From Mobula hypostoma (taxonomy: Eukaryota): 64,000 nt of DNA. Within the stretch, counting starts at the first letter, position 1. Every line of letters starts with the position of its first letter. Positions 51,273 to 63,636 of the stretch are shown here, piece after piece. A program made the translations under genes and the position numbers. The notes under the pieces are model-generated. The model was not told where the DNA came from and searched no databases. It saw only the letters and a list, made by a program, of their open reading frames with translations. The stretch spans positions 209,810,001 to 209,874,000 of the forward strand of contig NC_086097.1 in the NCBI RefSeq assembly GCF_963921235.1, written 5' to 3'.

Positions 51273-51406
51273 AAACAACAGGAATTCTGCAGATGCTGGA
51301 AATTCAAGCAACATACATCAAAGTTGCTGGTGAACGCAGCAGGCCAAGCAGCATCTATAGGAAGAGGTGCAGTCGACGTTTCAGGCCGAGACCCTTCGTC
51401 AGGACT
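51273..51406 (-). repeat. Penelope terminal repeat (young subfamily, as at 26420)
   Basis: Near-identical to 26421-26554. Older relatives lie at 50054-50150, 50884-50977, 51962-52178 and 60965-61113. Confidence 0.88.
51371..51406 (-). ncRNA. Minimal type I hammerhead ribozyme motif, intact core
   Basis: Minus strand AGUC-CUGACGA-AGG(GUCUCGG)CCU-GAAA-C-GUC/GACU. Confidence 0.8.
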
Positions 51407-54400
51407 CTTCTTCTCCGTCTTGTTTTATGGCAGTTGGCACCCAGCTTAATGGATTTATTATTGTAAGGAGTATAACTTCAGCTCTCAGGTCGTTTCAAAT
51501 ATTTTTTTAAAAATAAGTCCTGTGGTTACAGGAAAGAACTTACTGAGATTGTGTCAAGACCCAGTAGAATTGATAGATTAAATAGCTTCATGTTCTCCTG
51601 TAAAACAATGGTCTCCTGAACAGAAATTTGGAAAAGATAAAAATCAATCTACATTGATGAGGAAAATTGAACCTGATGTCTATTTGTGTGAGCTCACTAC
51701 AATCAATGCCCATTCCAGCATTGTTTTCTGTATCAATAATATCATATTCATAACTCTTACAAGGCTGATCATAAAGCTGAAAACCAGAGCAAATATAAAG
51801 GGCATAGGACAGCAAGAAATGCAGGAATTGGAATGTCATAGTGGGTAATAAATAAAGACTTTTATAGACACTTCATGGTTAGGGTAAAGGGAAGAGCCAC
51901 TATACAGACAATGTTGCAGTGGAGATGATTGAAACCATGCCCCCGTTTCATGAGGAAAACATAAACACAAGAGATTCTGCAGGTGCTGGAAATCCACAGC
52001 AAGATGCACAAAATGCTGGAAGAACTCAGTAAGTCAGGCAGCATCTACGAAAAGGAATAAACAGTCAATGTTTTGGGCCAAGACTTTCACCATGACCTCA
52101 GCTTGAAATATCAATGCTTTATTCCTTTCCACATATGCTGTCTGATCTGCTGAGTTCCTCCAGCACTTTGCATGTTCACAAGAAAGATAGTTACTGGAGA
52201 TTGAGTTATTAGAAATATTATTTTGTCACGTTGTTCTGGTGATTCTCAGAATTATTCATCATGGGAGAAAATACATTTTGTACAATGTGTTCTAGTGACA
52301 TAATCACACAGCCCTATATTAGTTGACTGGTTATTTATTGCAAATGCTCAAGTTTATTGTTTTATATCAATTCAATGAAAAGTCGTCCAGCTGGAGTAGG
52401 ATTATGAACATGTTTTAGATTATTAGGATTGGCAGATAGTGACAGTATTTCTAGTTATAATTATTTTACTTCTGAAAATGTAGGTGACTTTTACAAATAA
52501 AAGGGTGGGAGAGTAAGTGAGAATTACAAACGTTTGTACTTGGACATCAAATATATAAAAGGTTTGACAACATAACTCATCATCTACATACTGAATGACC
52601 AGCTAATAAATTTCCATTTTCTTTTACCTCTTGGCAAGCCTTTCATTGGGGATGAAGGTAACCAAGGAGTTCAGTGTAACATAATTACAGCACTCAGTAG
52701 ACATGAGTAATATGACTTGAATTACTACGAAGTTCACCTTGTCAAATTTTTATTGGGAGTATGAAGTTGCTGCTGGTGTACCTTTATACTTAGCTATGTT
52801 AAGTTAAAGATTTCTTCTAGGTATTATTACCAGCCCTCTGAGGCCTGAGCGATCAGAACTCGGTCTTAAAATGCTTCATTTAGATCAGTTGAAATCAGCA
52901 TTTTTGACGAAGTCAGGATTTACTATAAATTGTATTAGAAATCCCAGCATTTCTTTGTTTGGAAGCTCAACATTTTTGAGAGCAGCAAGTGGTTTGTCTG
53001 CTTACGGAGTGGCCTACTCAGTAGTTGTAATTCACTGCCTGAATGTTGCCCGACTGATAAGGAAGGAGCAATTGTCTGTCTTGATGGCAGGAAGGTTGGT
53101 AAATTGAATTTTCTAAATAGTCTGTGACCTTAAATATTTTCTTGTGGCAGTCAGTCTGATTTCATAAGCTGTATTACTGACAGTATGGTAATTTTACCTC
53201 TCAGGTTGTCTTTATTTAGAGATGGAATGAGACGAGAGATTTTGGGTTAACTGATATAATCATCACTCTGTGCCCTCATGTCTTCACGTAAATCACAACC
53301 TGTCATAGTTTAACTTGCAGAGCAGCTCTTAATAAAGATCAGAACAAACAATCAAGTTAGCATATAACATTTTTCTCCAGGCGGTGGCTACTGTCAGGGA
53401 TGTTCGGTTATCTTGTGTTAAAAGGCCCACAGGCAACTGCTATTGTTGAGCAAACACTTCAAACTCCCTGAAGGAGCTTTTCCTCTCTGGAGTTAGTCAG
53501 ATTCAGCTCCTCTTTCTGAGGCTTTCAAGCAATTATGCAGTCTAATGAATAAGAAATGTGATTTTTGAATAAACCTGGATATGAGCATAAATGAGATATA
53601 ATATGGTTAATTTAAAAAATATCATTGCCTTATTTAGAATATAATCCTTCCCTGCTATTAGAGATAAATTGAACTCATTGAACTTACTTATAACATTGAA
53701 ATTTCATCATTATTTTCACATATTTGCTATAAATTCCGTGGTATGCATTTTTGTTCTAAAATTTCTCATCAAAAAATTCTTAATTTTATTAAAATATTAA
53801 GCATAAAATTGACACAAATGTATTAACCATTCTCATAATAAGGAAATTATAATAAATCAAAAATAATCACACCTTCTGTGTATTGGTGTATGTTTAACCT
53901 AAGTTCCAGTTTGAAACAGCAAAGAGATTTTTGACCCACTTGACATTTGTGACTATCAGACTGAAGTTAAAGGTCTTGTTATTGATTTTCAGTGATCAAA
54001 GCAACATGGAATTCAGTGAGGTCAATTTTGAACATACCCACTTGGATAGAGAATTTAAAAACAAATAGATTACTTTAGCCACTCATATTCCAACCGTTTA
54101 CAATGTTGGTCCTCAGGGTTGTGCCCCAATATTTGATGCTTAATAAAGTACCCAATTAAATTTAGGTAAAGCGACGTAACAAAATCTTAAAGAAGACCAT
54201 GAGTTCCGTTCTGGAAAATTCTATGGAAGTAGAAACGTATAATTTTACCACCACACTTTAGAAAATGCAATAGAGAAAGGAGAAGAAAATAAATTTCAAA
54301 GGAGTTTTATGAAGAGAATAAAGATTTTAATTGATGGCTTAATTAGGCCATTTCATTGAGCCTTTTAATAGTTGGTTTTGTTGATCCTACTTCACTGAGG

Positions 54401-54902
54401 GGGCATTAACTTGCCATGGTGTCTCAGCACTTATTCCAGGCACATCAACCACTTAACCGGCATTAGGTTAAATCTAGACCAGGTTCAATGAAGGGAAAAT
54501 GTTGCAATTAAGCAATTTTATATTCTAAAAGAAAGCAATCTGTTGATGATTGGAGAGTTTTTTTTAAATCTCTCTGATGTTAACAACATTCAGAATTCTA
54601 TTAGTCTGACAGTATTGACAGCTGGATAAGCCTGAGTAGGTGGCCTGGCCACATACTGTTATTTACACTCAAGGTGGGTCGATCCAGAATGTAAACTCAG
54701 CCTTGGTGGCTAGGCATGCACTAAGCATGAATAACACAACACTAGCTGGGAAATTATGGGAGAAAGATTTTGTATGGCAATCTGAAGAATCCAACACTAG
54801 TTTACCTACTTTGTTCCTCAATCCTCCCTGGTTTGACAGTAACAGGCCATTGAGTCAGTGGTAATACAAGAGGACATGAAAATAAGGGCATTTGCTTAAC
54901 AT

Positions 54903-55315
54903 CAAAGATCAAAGTTCAAAGTAAATTTATAATCAAAATACTATATATCATCTTCTACTACCTTGTGATTCATTTTCTTACAGGTATTCGTGGTAGATAC
55001 AAAGAAACACAATAGAATCAATGAAAATCCACATACAACAAAGACAGACAAACAACCAATGTGCAATAAACAATAAACAATAAATGAATAAATAAATAGA
55101 TATATATATAGATAGATAGATAAGCAAAACGTATTGAGAACATGAGTTGTAGAGTCCTTGAGAGTAAGCCCATAGTTTGTGGAATCATTTCAGTGTAGGG
55201 GTGAATGAAGTTATCCCCTCTGGTTCAAGAGCCTTATGGCTGCGGGATAATAACTGAACTTGAAAATGGCGGTGTGAGACCTGAGGCTCCTGTACCTCTT
55301 TCCTGATGGCAGCAT
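54903..55315 (-). mobile_element. Rex1-type LINE 3' end
   Basis: LPSGKRYRSLRSHT..SYYPAAIRLLN on the minus strand; (ctttgaa)-like tail. Confidence 0.85.
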
Positions 55316-56191
55316 CTCTTGGCTTCCAGCCTTCCTGCCTTGTTCTGATTTTAACCTGATCTTTTGTGCAGGCAATGGAACACCTGTAAGGAGGGGTATC
55401 ATTTTAAGTATATCTTTAGATCCCAATAACGTCATGGGAGCTAACTCAAAATGTTTACAAAGAGCTGAATGGAGAAGTATTGCCAGTTTACCCATTAGAT
55501 CATTTACCCACAGGTGGGTTGTGAGCTAGCAGGTACATAGGATCACCCTTACCACACAGTTAATATGTCCACACTATGCACGCACATCTAGAGCCCCCTC
55601 AGCATTTTTGCAAGGGCCATCGTCAGCTGCTTCCTGCCATTAAATTCCTGCTCCTTCGTGTAGATTTTGCTGTGTCTGAGAAAAGTTTTTGCAAAATAAT
55701 CCAGCCTTTTTGATCAGCCATGCTTTTTCTATTGCCCTGGTACTCAGACATGGCATGGTTTATTTAGTATTACAGTGTGAATATTTTCATCCGCCGCTGT
55801 TACACTGATGATAAACATGGCAAAGTCTGCAAAGAAATTCATCCACTGTCAGTAGTATTACATGCACTGCACTGTAGCAACAGCAATGCATTGTCTGCCT
55901 AGAAAGTAATTAATTTCATGGAACTCAATTTTGGAGGCCAACTACAATGTGATATAGTGCATTGAGTACTACAACTAGAGAAGAAAATTTCTAGGCATTT
56001 ATTCTCAATGAAATGTTTTTAAACAGGCAAAGAAAGCAAGTAATTATATTTTCAAATAAATGTTATATTTGGAGAAGTTCTCTTAGGAACGATCTTTCTA
56101 AGCTCAAATTTGTCATGTTTTACAAAGGTTCTGGCTAGCCCTTGATTACCTAAAACCACTCACCAGTTGTACGCTTCTGTGTTTCCTACAG

Positions 56192-57120
56192 GCCTTACAG
56201 CTGCTGCATCCTTGGTTTCATTGGCTTGGGCCTTGGCATCCTACCAGAAGGCTCTTCGAGACTCGAGAAATGATAAAAAACCCATCAGCTACCTGGCTGT
56301 TATCATTCAGTTCTGTTGGCATTTCTTCACCATTGCAGCCAGAGTCATCACATTTGCCTTGTTCGCATCAGTTTTCCAGCTCTATTTTGGGATCTTCATT
56401 GTCTTACATTGGTGCATCATGACTTTTTGGATTGTTCATTGTGAAACAGAGTTCTGCATAACCAAGTGGGAGGAGATTGTGTTTGATATGGTTGTGGGGA
56501 TAATCTATATTTTCAGTTGGTTCAATGTTAAAGAAGGAAGGACTCGGTGCCGGTTATTCATCTACTACTTCGGAATCCTTTTTGAAAACACAGCCTTGAG
56601 TGCTCTGTGGTACTTGTACCGAGCACCTCAAATAACTGATGCATTTGCTATACCAGCACTTTGTGTTGTTTTTAGCAGCTTTTTGACTGGAATTGTTTTT
56701 ATGTTAATGTATTATGCCTTTTTTCATCCAAATGGACCAAGGTTTGGCCAGTCACCAAGCTGTGCTTGTAAGGAACCTGTAACCACTTTCAATTTGCCTG
56801 CAGATGTCTCAGCAAATGCTTTGAGGTCTGTGTCTCAAAGCAGGGAACAGAAACTCCCAGAAAGAGATAGTTGTATGCCTGTTTTTCAGGTCAGACCTAC
56901 TGCGCCCTCGACACCATCTTCACGCACACCGCGGATAGAAGAAACTGTGATCAAGATTGACCTATTGAGAAACAAGTATCCAGCTTGGGACAGACACGTT
57001 TTGGACAGAAGTCTACGGAAGGCCATCCTATCTTTTGAATGTGCATCCTCACCACCTCAACTCCAATACAAGAATGAAGCCCTCATTGAAGAAAGGCTGG
57101 AGTATGAAACAACTCTGTGA
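56192..57120 (+). CDS. XKR4: XK-related protein 4 (phospholipid scramblase family), last coding exon, phase-1 acceptor
   Basis: The translation closely matches the vertebrate XKR4 C-terminal half as I recall it ([69 protein letters not shown]). Acceptor cttctgtgtttcctacAG ends at 56191; stop TGA 57118-57120. Confidence 0.95.
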
Positions 57121-59060
57121 TAAGCTAACAAGCTGTTCTGTTAAGGAAGCATGTTGCCAAACCAGAGGCTGAAACTAGGACTGTGGTGATAACAGTGAGT
57201 AGAAAGTTTCCTCTCGGTGCTGCATCCGTTGAGACCATAAAGCAGTTTGTGGTTTTGATGCACACACTACACTAATGTGTATGCTACCAAGAGCATCAAT
57301 GTTTATGAACTTGGAGAAGCATAGAAATATTATGATTAGCGTTTTCTTATTACTTCAGTGATATGGTGCTAATTCATCTGCCAGCATAATTTACCAAAAT
57401 TGGGCTTCTCAAACTTGTCAAGAATTCATAGTACGTTATTTGCTGGCAGTATGAACATGCACATTTTCTAGTTATTAAAACTGGGCAACATTTGCAAAAT
57501 GTGTTTCTTTGATTTATGTAAGGGTTTAAAAAAGTGATTTTCTTGTTATTTTATATACTGTGAACTATGCTAGAAAGTAACTTTTTAAATGGAGAATCGT
57601 GATATTGTGGTCTAAATTTTATGCAGATGTTGAATACAATCTTGGCAGCTTTCCATTCTGGATTGTATCATCGTGGGAACTGAAATGGAATTTTAACTAT
57701 CTACTTATATGTATAAAGCTTAAGTAAAGGTGTCTGCACCAAAACATTAACTTGCAGTTTGTGGCTATTTAGTGATTTGATTGAACATATGTCCCTGGAA
57801 TTTTAGTGAGAAGTAGGGTCATGATTATCTCAGTGTGAATGCCAAGAAACCAATGTAAATTTAACAGAAAAGTCAAGATTTAACATACAAGTGCAGGCAC
57901 ATACCATTCGTACACTCAATGGAAAGTACTTAGCTGAACAGAAAAGAAGCACAAACTTTCATACAGTTTATCAGCTGCTGGGCAGAGTTCTAGTTGAAGC
58001 CAGTCTTGACAACTGACTATGATACATTCCTCAATACTGGAAGCTGTGCTTGGGCTATAATGGCAGAATGTTATCAACATTCGTGGAGTGAAAATATAAA
58101 TGGGGGATGCAATAAGCTAAATCGTTGTAAATAGTTGCAAGAGAAGATCAACAAAATTGTTTCCACTGTTATTGTGGACATTATGGAGAGTGTACAATGA
58201 CCCTGCATTCTGTTGTAATGTAATTGTATAAATCAGTGATGAACAATTGGGCAAATGCTTCTGTGCCAGAGTATAGTTTTAAATACTTTGCATTAGACAA
58301 GGTTGATATTGCTTGTCAGTGGAAACTAATCTAATTACTGTACATTATTTATGTTCCAATTATTAATAATTTTACCTGTGTAAGTGTTTTGTCTGAAGAA
58401 TCAAAATACAACAGGAATATGCAAAGAATGGGTTCAGAGAAATTGCTTTGTCTTTTCACAAAAAAAGATATGTTCATTGTCATAAAAAGAATTTTTGAGG
58501 GAAAATCTTGGTTCGGGATATTGCTTTCTTGATTATTCAGTATAATGTACATATCTTGTTAAAATTGTTTTGCAGCCATTAATCATTATGAATAACACCA
58601 ATTTGCCCCATTTTTCAAAAATGCGTTAAGATTCAGTTATACAGTATACCATACACAGTCAGCCATTGATAATCAAGTGTGCAGATATTAAACGAGATCC
58701 ATGGCAGATTATTCTTTGTGAATCCTGTGTCTGCAGCTCTCTGCAAGAATGGTGGTCTCGAAGCTGAGAGATGGATTACTTGAAATACATAGCAAATTAT
58801 AAAAACATTGACAGCTATCTTAGATTCATGGTCTATGGTTTAAGAGTGTTGGCAAGGGTAATAAATTGATTCATTTGTGCCATCTGATATTCCCATTATT
58901 CAAATATATTTTTGACCTTCACTGCAGTGCAATCTCTATACAATGATATAAATAGCACTTAAGATTTATGGCATTAATATTTCATTCACTAAAACATATA
59001 TAAATAAACAAGTTGTAATCTTACTAATTTAGCAAATAAATGTTTGCTGTTTTTTGTATA
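57121..59060 (+). other. Probable XKR4 3' UTR
   Basis: AT-rich stretch after the stop with no repeat I recognise; AATAAA at 58860, 59003 and 59035. Confidence 0.55.
59003..59060 (+). terminator. Candidate polyadenylation signals with downstream GU/U-rich element
   Basis: AATAAA 59003-59008 and 59035-59040, followed by tgtttgctgttttttgt. Confidence 0.5.
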
Positions 59061-59431
59061 TGCAAGAAGCAATCAGGTAACATTCCATGATGTCATCAGA
59101 GAGAGTGGGCATTCTTTTGCCAGCAAAAACACATAGGACTGAAAATTAGATTTACAGAGCCCCACATATTTCAGAGGAATGCAATTTTAAAATGCTTCAG
59201 ATAAGAAGAGGCTCTTTAACAACAAATCCTGGGACATTCTGAAAATTCAGCTGGCACCTGCGAGCTTGTATCAGTGCCAGTTTTACTTCAAGTACTGTAC
59301 ATCATTTCCCAAGCAACACTTCTTTTGAGGAGTTCTCAGGGAAATTAGGTTGCATTTGTTCCAGAAGTGATTCATATTTAGGTTGCACAGATCCAAACCC
59401 AACAGCGATTCGGATCTCACCTTGCATTGAT

Positions 59432-59648
59432 AGAAGAAGAAAGCCCTTAACTCCGAGTGGAGTCGTCGGGACGCCGTCATGACAGCATTTTTTTTTTTAG
59501 CAGACTTTCTTATTTTTACGAGGCCATGTTGCTAGCTCGACACTCAACCCAGCACGGATGAAAAGCATGCAAGAGAGCCAGCTGGATTTGAACTTGGGAG
59601 CCTTCGCTCCGAAGTCTGGCGCTGATGCCACTATGCCACCAGCTGGCT
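59432..59648 (-). mobile_element. Complete tRNA-derived SINE with a 13-bp TSD
   Basis: Minus-strand A box tggcatagtgg and B box gttcaaatcc; tail (ttc)n; TSD accttgcattgat (59419-59431, 59649-59661). Confidence 0.88.
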
Positions 59649-60364
59649 ACCTTGCATTGATGCAAGCTCTCAAACCCATAGATCAGACTGAGCCCAATCC
59701 TTTAAATAGCAAACCACCTGTTGCTTCAATTCCCTCTTGTTACCAGATTACATGGAGTCTAAATTCCTAGTCATTCCAATCTTCAATGTCCCTGATTCTT
59801 AGCTAGTCTGTACAAAGGCATTTTCCCCTCCTCTTACTGCCCCAATGGCTCTGATCTCCAAATTACTAATCAGTGACATAATCCCACCATCCCCCCAACA
59901 CCCCAACCCCAACCTAGTCCCAGGTCCTGATTGAACATTGGACTGCTTGCCATCTCTTAATCCTTCCACTTCCAATTTGCACTCAGTGATTGGTGTTGCA
60001 TTTTGCTTAATGCACTTTGAAATAATGAAGTGTCAGTTTCGTAGCACCCAAGGCCCCAGCAACACTGATAATGTAGCTGAACTATAACAGTCCAGTCTAA
60101 TTTCTAGACCACACGTTCTGCCTAAAAATACTTTAGGATAGCAAGTAACATTTGCTTTTTTTTGGACTATGGGCCCAATCTTTGACTTAGTTAATCAATT
60201 CCTCCAAAGAGTTTTTCATCAAAGTCAGATTTGGAAGGAGGAGTGATTGGAAGAGGACAGTATCAGTGAGGGGCAAGCTTTTATGCAAGTAAAAGTGTTT
60301 TGAATAGGGGCTAAACCCAGTACAATTCCCAGAAATTTTGCACTTGGGTCATATTATTAAGATA

Positions 60365-60703
60365 ATATTACAAGATATAAAGAGGAATAGATAGAGTGGA
60401 TAGCCAGCGCCTCTTCCCCAAGGCACCACTCCTCGATACAAGGGGAGATGGCTTTAAGGTAAGGGGTGGGAAGTTCAAGGGGGATATTAGAGGAAGGTTT
60501 TTTACTCAGAGAGTGGTTGGTGCGTGGAATGCACTGCCTGAGTCAGTGGTGGAGGCAGATACACTAGTGAAGTTTAAGAGACTACTAGACAGGTATATGG
60601 AGGAATTTAAGGTGGGGGGTTATATGGGAGGCAGGGTTTGAGGGTCAGCACAACAATGTGGGCTGAAGGGCCAGTTCTGTGCTGTACTATTCTATGTTCT
60701 ATA
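60365..60703 (+). mobile_element. CR1 3' end
   Basis: ORF 60396-60641 (FFTQRVVGAWNALP), tail ctattctatgttctat. Confidence 0.88.
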
Positions 60704-63029
60704 TTAAATAGAGCTGAAATGTCTCACTTAAGCTAGTCTCCTTATTCTAAGTATGCAGCTGAATATTTTCTTTAATGATGTTTTTAGCTTTCAGAATGTG
60801 TAACTTGCCATACAGGAAGTTGTTATAAATAGTTTTAATACTTTTAATTTTAAAATGCATGCATATAAGAGAAAAGGGAACAGAAAACAACGCTTGAGGA
60901 CTGAAATTAATTAAATGAAATAGGAGGAAACTCATAAGGATTATAAAACACATCAGTGTAGACTAAACATGAGGAAATCTACAGATGCTGGAAATTCAAG
61001 CAACACACACAAAATGCTGGTGGAACGCAGCAGGCCAGGCGGCATCTATAGGAAGAAGTACTGGGTCTCAGCCCGAAACATTGACTCTTCTTCTTCCTAT
61101 AGATGCTGCCTGGTCTTCCCCTTAACACTCCAGTTATTTTGGTTTCAGGGATGATTGCTTATTTCTGCTAGTGATGGTTACCAGATCAATTGCAGCATAA
61201 GCTCCCGAAGCAGCTACAATCGTATAGAATCCCGTTACAAAGGTCAATCCTCAAGTACTAACCCTCAATAATAATGATCAGATGGAATCTGTATTTTCTG
61301 ACAAGCACTGTACCTTTATTGGCTCAGTTCACAAGCATGTGAATTTACACAACTGATTATCTGTGTGCACACCTACTAAACTTCCCTGACCTCCATGAAC
61401 ATTCAAAGAAGAGAAATGGTCATACCCGGGAAAAAGAGTCTAAGCTAACCAGGCATTCCTTGTGGTCCTGTTGTGACCTCCATGGGTCTGACGTGGGGTC
61501 CTCTACTTCCGTGATAGTTAGTCTCTGGAGAGTTGTCGCTGCCTGTACTCCCAAATTCCTGCATTCTTTGGGTCAAGGTCATCTGACTGACCTGCGTCAG
61601 TTCTCATTGGAAGTAGCCCAGGGCCACAAGCAGTATTGCTTTATAGCTGTTTCCTTCAGCTTTGTGCCTTAGGTGATTTCCTTTGTTCTATCCAACTCAG
61701 ATGGGTTCAAACCAGTCTAAACTTGTCATTCAAACACTTGGCCCAGCTGATCAGATCACAAGCTGTTCCTTCTGCAAACGTGTCATTTTACATAACAAAC
61801 AGCTTCTTATCTGAGAATGGTCTCAGGTTTAGCAGAAGCTCCTTGTGTCCGCATTCAACTGCTCGGATTAAGTTAAACCAGAGCAAGAATCAGTTTACCA
61901 AACAATTCATACAATGGCAAAATGGTGACTGCAAGGACAGTTTCACAAAAATCACCTCCATTCCTGCCACCACATGGCAAGATCAAAGACTTCCGCTTTC
62001 TCTGTTTCCACTGCACTTGCCTCATTCCTGTCCACTGATTTGTAGATTGCAGTTATTTCTGTCCAACAATCCCACCAAATATAATAACCGTGCTGTAGTT
62101 GATTGCTTAACTTTGATTACTTATACAATAATTGCAATGTTTCCTGTTTCCCATGTCTTTTCATGAATAATTACCCTCAATATCCACTGATTCCCATCAG
62201 GGCATGCATTTTTGTCCTCGGTTCTCTTGGTACAAAGGTCAATTTACTACAATAAGGTCTATTACTTGGTCTTAAGTGATTCGGTTTTGTTTTCGCTTTA
62301 TTAGAAAAGGGACCAACAATTAAGGATAAGCAATTGCTCAAGACTTCCCAATACACATGGAGCCCACATAAAGGCTGGGACATTGCCCCTCCTAATAATG
62401 GTTGACTAAGGCATTAAAAATGACAGCCCTCAGTAATGGTACAAGTTGGCTATTAGGCTGAGGAAAATGAATGGAGATAATTTTCCACCAATTCCTTTTT
62501 TAAAGAACTTTCATCAGCCAGGGTTTTCCCTTATATGGGTGGCTAAATGACAATGAATTATTAAAGCTGTCATACAGCTACATCAGTTTAACTGTGACTC
62601 TCACCCACCCCTACCCATCTGATTCATTTTTGCTGGGGTTTATCCTGGAACGTTTTCATCAGCAGCATTCTAATTTGTCGTTCTGCCAGTTTGTGTTTGG
62701 TTGCCATAGAATCAGAGCTCTTCAGCCCATCTACTCCAAGCTAAACTATTACACCTAGTTTCATCACTGTGCACCTGGACCATAATGCTCCAAACCCCTC
62801 CCATCCATATACTTATCCAAATTTCTCTTAAATGGTGAAATCAAATTTACTCTGATCTCCCATTATTGAAAATGTAGGCAGAAGAAATCAAAAAATAAAT
62901 TAGCCTGGTAAACAGTAAGACTATTTTAGGAGAAAGCACAAACTGACTACAAATGAGATTTGTGGCTGTATCTTACAGCAAATTTTTTGATTTCTATATC
63001 TCATTCCTGTATTAACAGTCATGTAAATA

Positions 63030-63636
63030 CAATGGGTGATTGATAAATTCATGGCCTAAGGTAGACGGAGGCAATTTTAGAAAACCTAACACATTTATTT
63101 TTCAACATAGGCCCCTCCTACATTTACACACTTAGTCCAGCGGTCGTGGAGCATACGGATCTTGGACCGCCAGAAAGTGTCCACAGCAGAGGTGATTGAT
63201 AAGTTCATGACCCAAGGTAGAAGACGATGAGTTATACGGCTCTCGTTACATGCATATGCAGTTCAACTCTTTGAGTGATTATACAGAAAGTTTTAAGTTA
63301 ATAACTCATCAGTTAATAATGCATCAGGGGTCATTGATAAGTTCATGGCCTAAGGTAGATGGAGATGAGTTATTAACTTCAAACTTTCTGCATAATCACT
63401 CAAAGAGTTGACCTGCATGTGCATGTAACGAGAGCTGTATAACTCATCGCCTTCTACCTTAGACCACAAACTTATCAATCAATCATCTGTGGACACTTTC
63501 TGGAAGTCCAAGATCCGTATGCTCCATGACCGCTGGACTAAGTGTGTAGGAGGGGACTATGTTGAAAAATAAATGTGCTAGGTTTTCTAAAATTGACTCC
63601 TTCTACCCTAGGACACGAATTATCAATCACCCCTCG
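63030..63636. mobile_element. Palindromic mariner-type MITE
   Basis: TA-flanked ends caatgggtgattgataaattc / gaattatcaatcacccctcg; arms of about 280 bp are inverted copies of each other. Confidence 0.88.

Noticed and set aside
56167..56191. ORF-track start (TTG) for the XKR4 frame
   Set aside because: These bases are the polypyrimidine tract and AG acceptor; homology starts at 56192.
1..56191. Upstream XKR4 exons
   Set aside because: I found no translation resembling the preceding XKR4 exon (ESAPQL-type motif) in the ORF track or by eye. It probably lies before the window, though a short exon could have been missed.
59580..59648. tRNA gene
   Set aside because: A and B boxes are present, but the sequence is the head of a TSD-flanked SINE and I could not fold a convincing cloverleaf.
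61636..62166. 176-aa ORF
   Set aside because: No recognisable motif, non-ATG start, and no splice or codon evidence.
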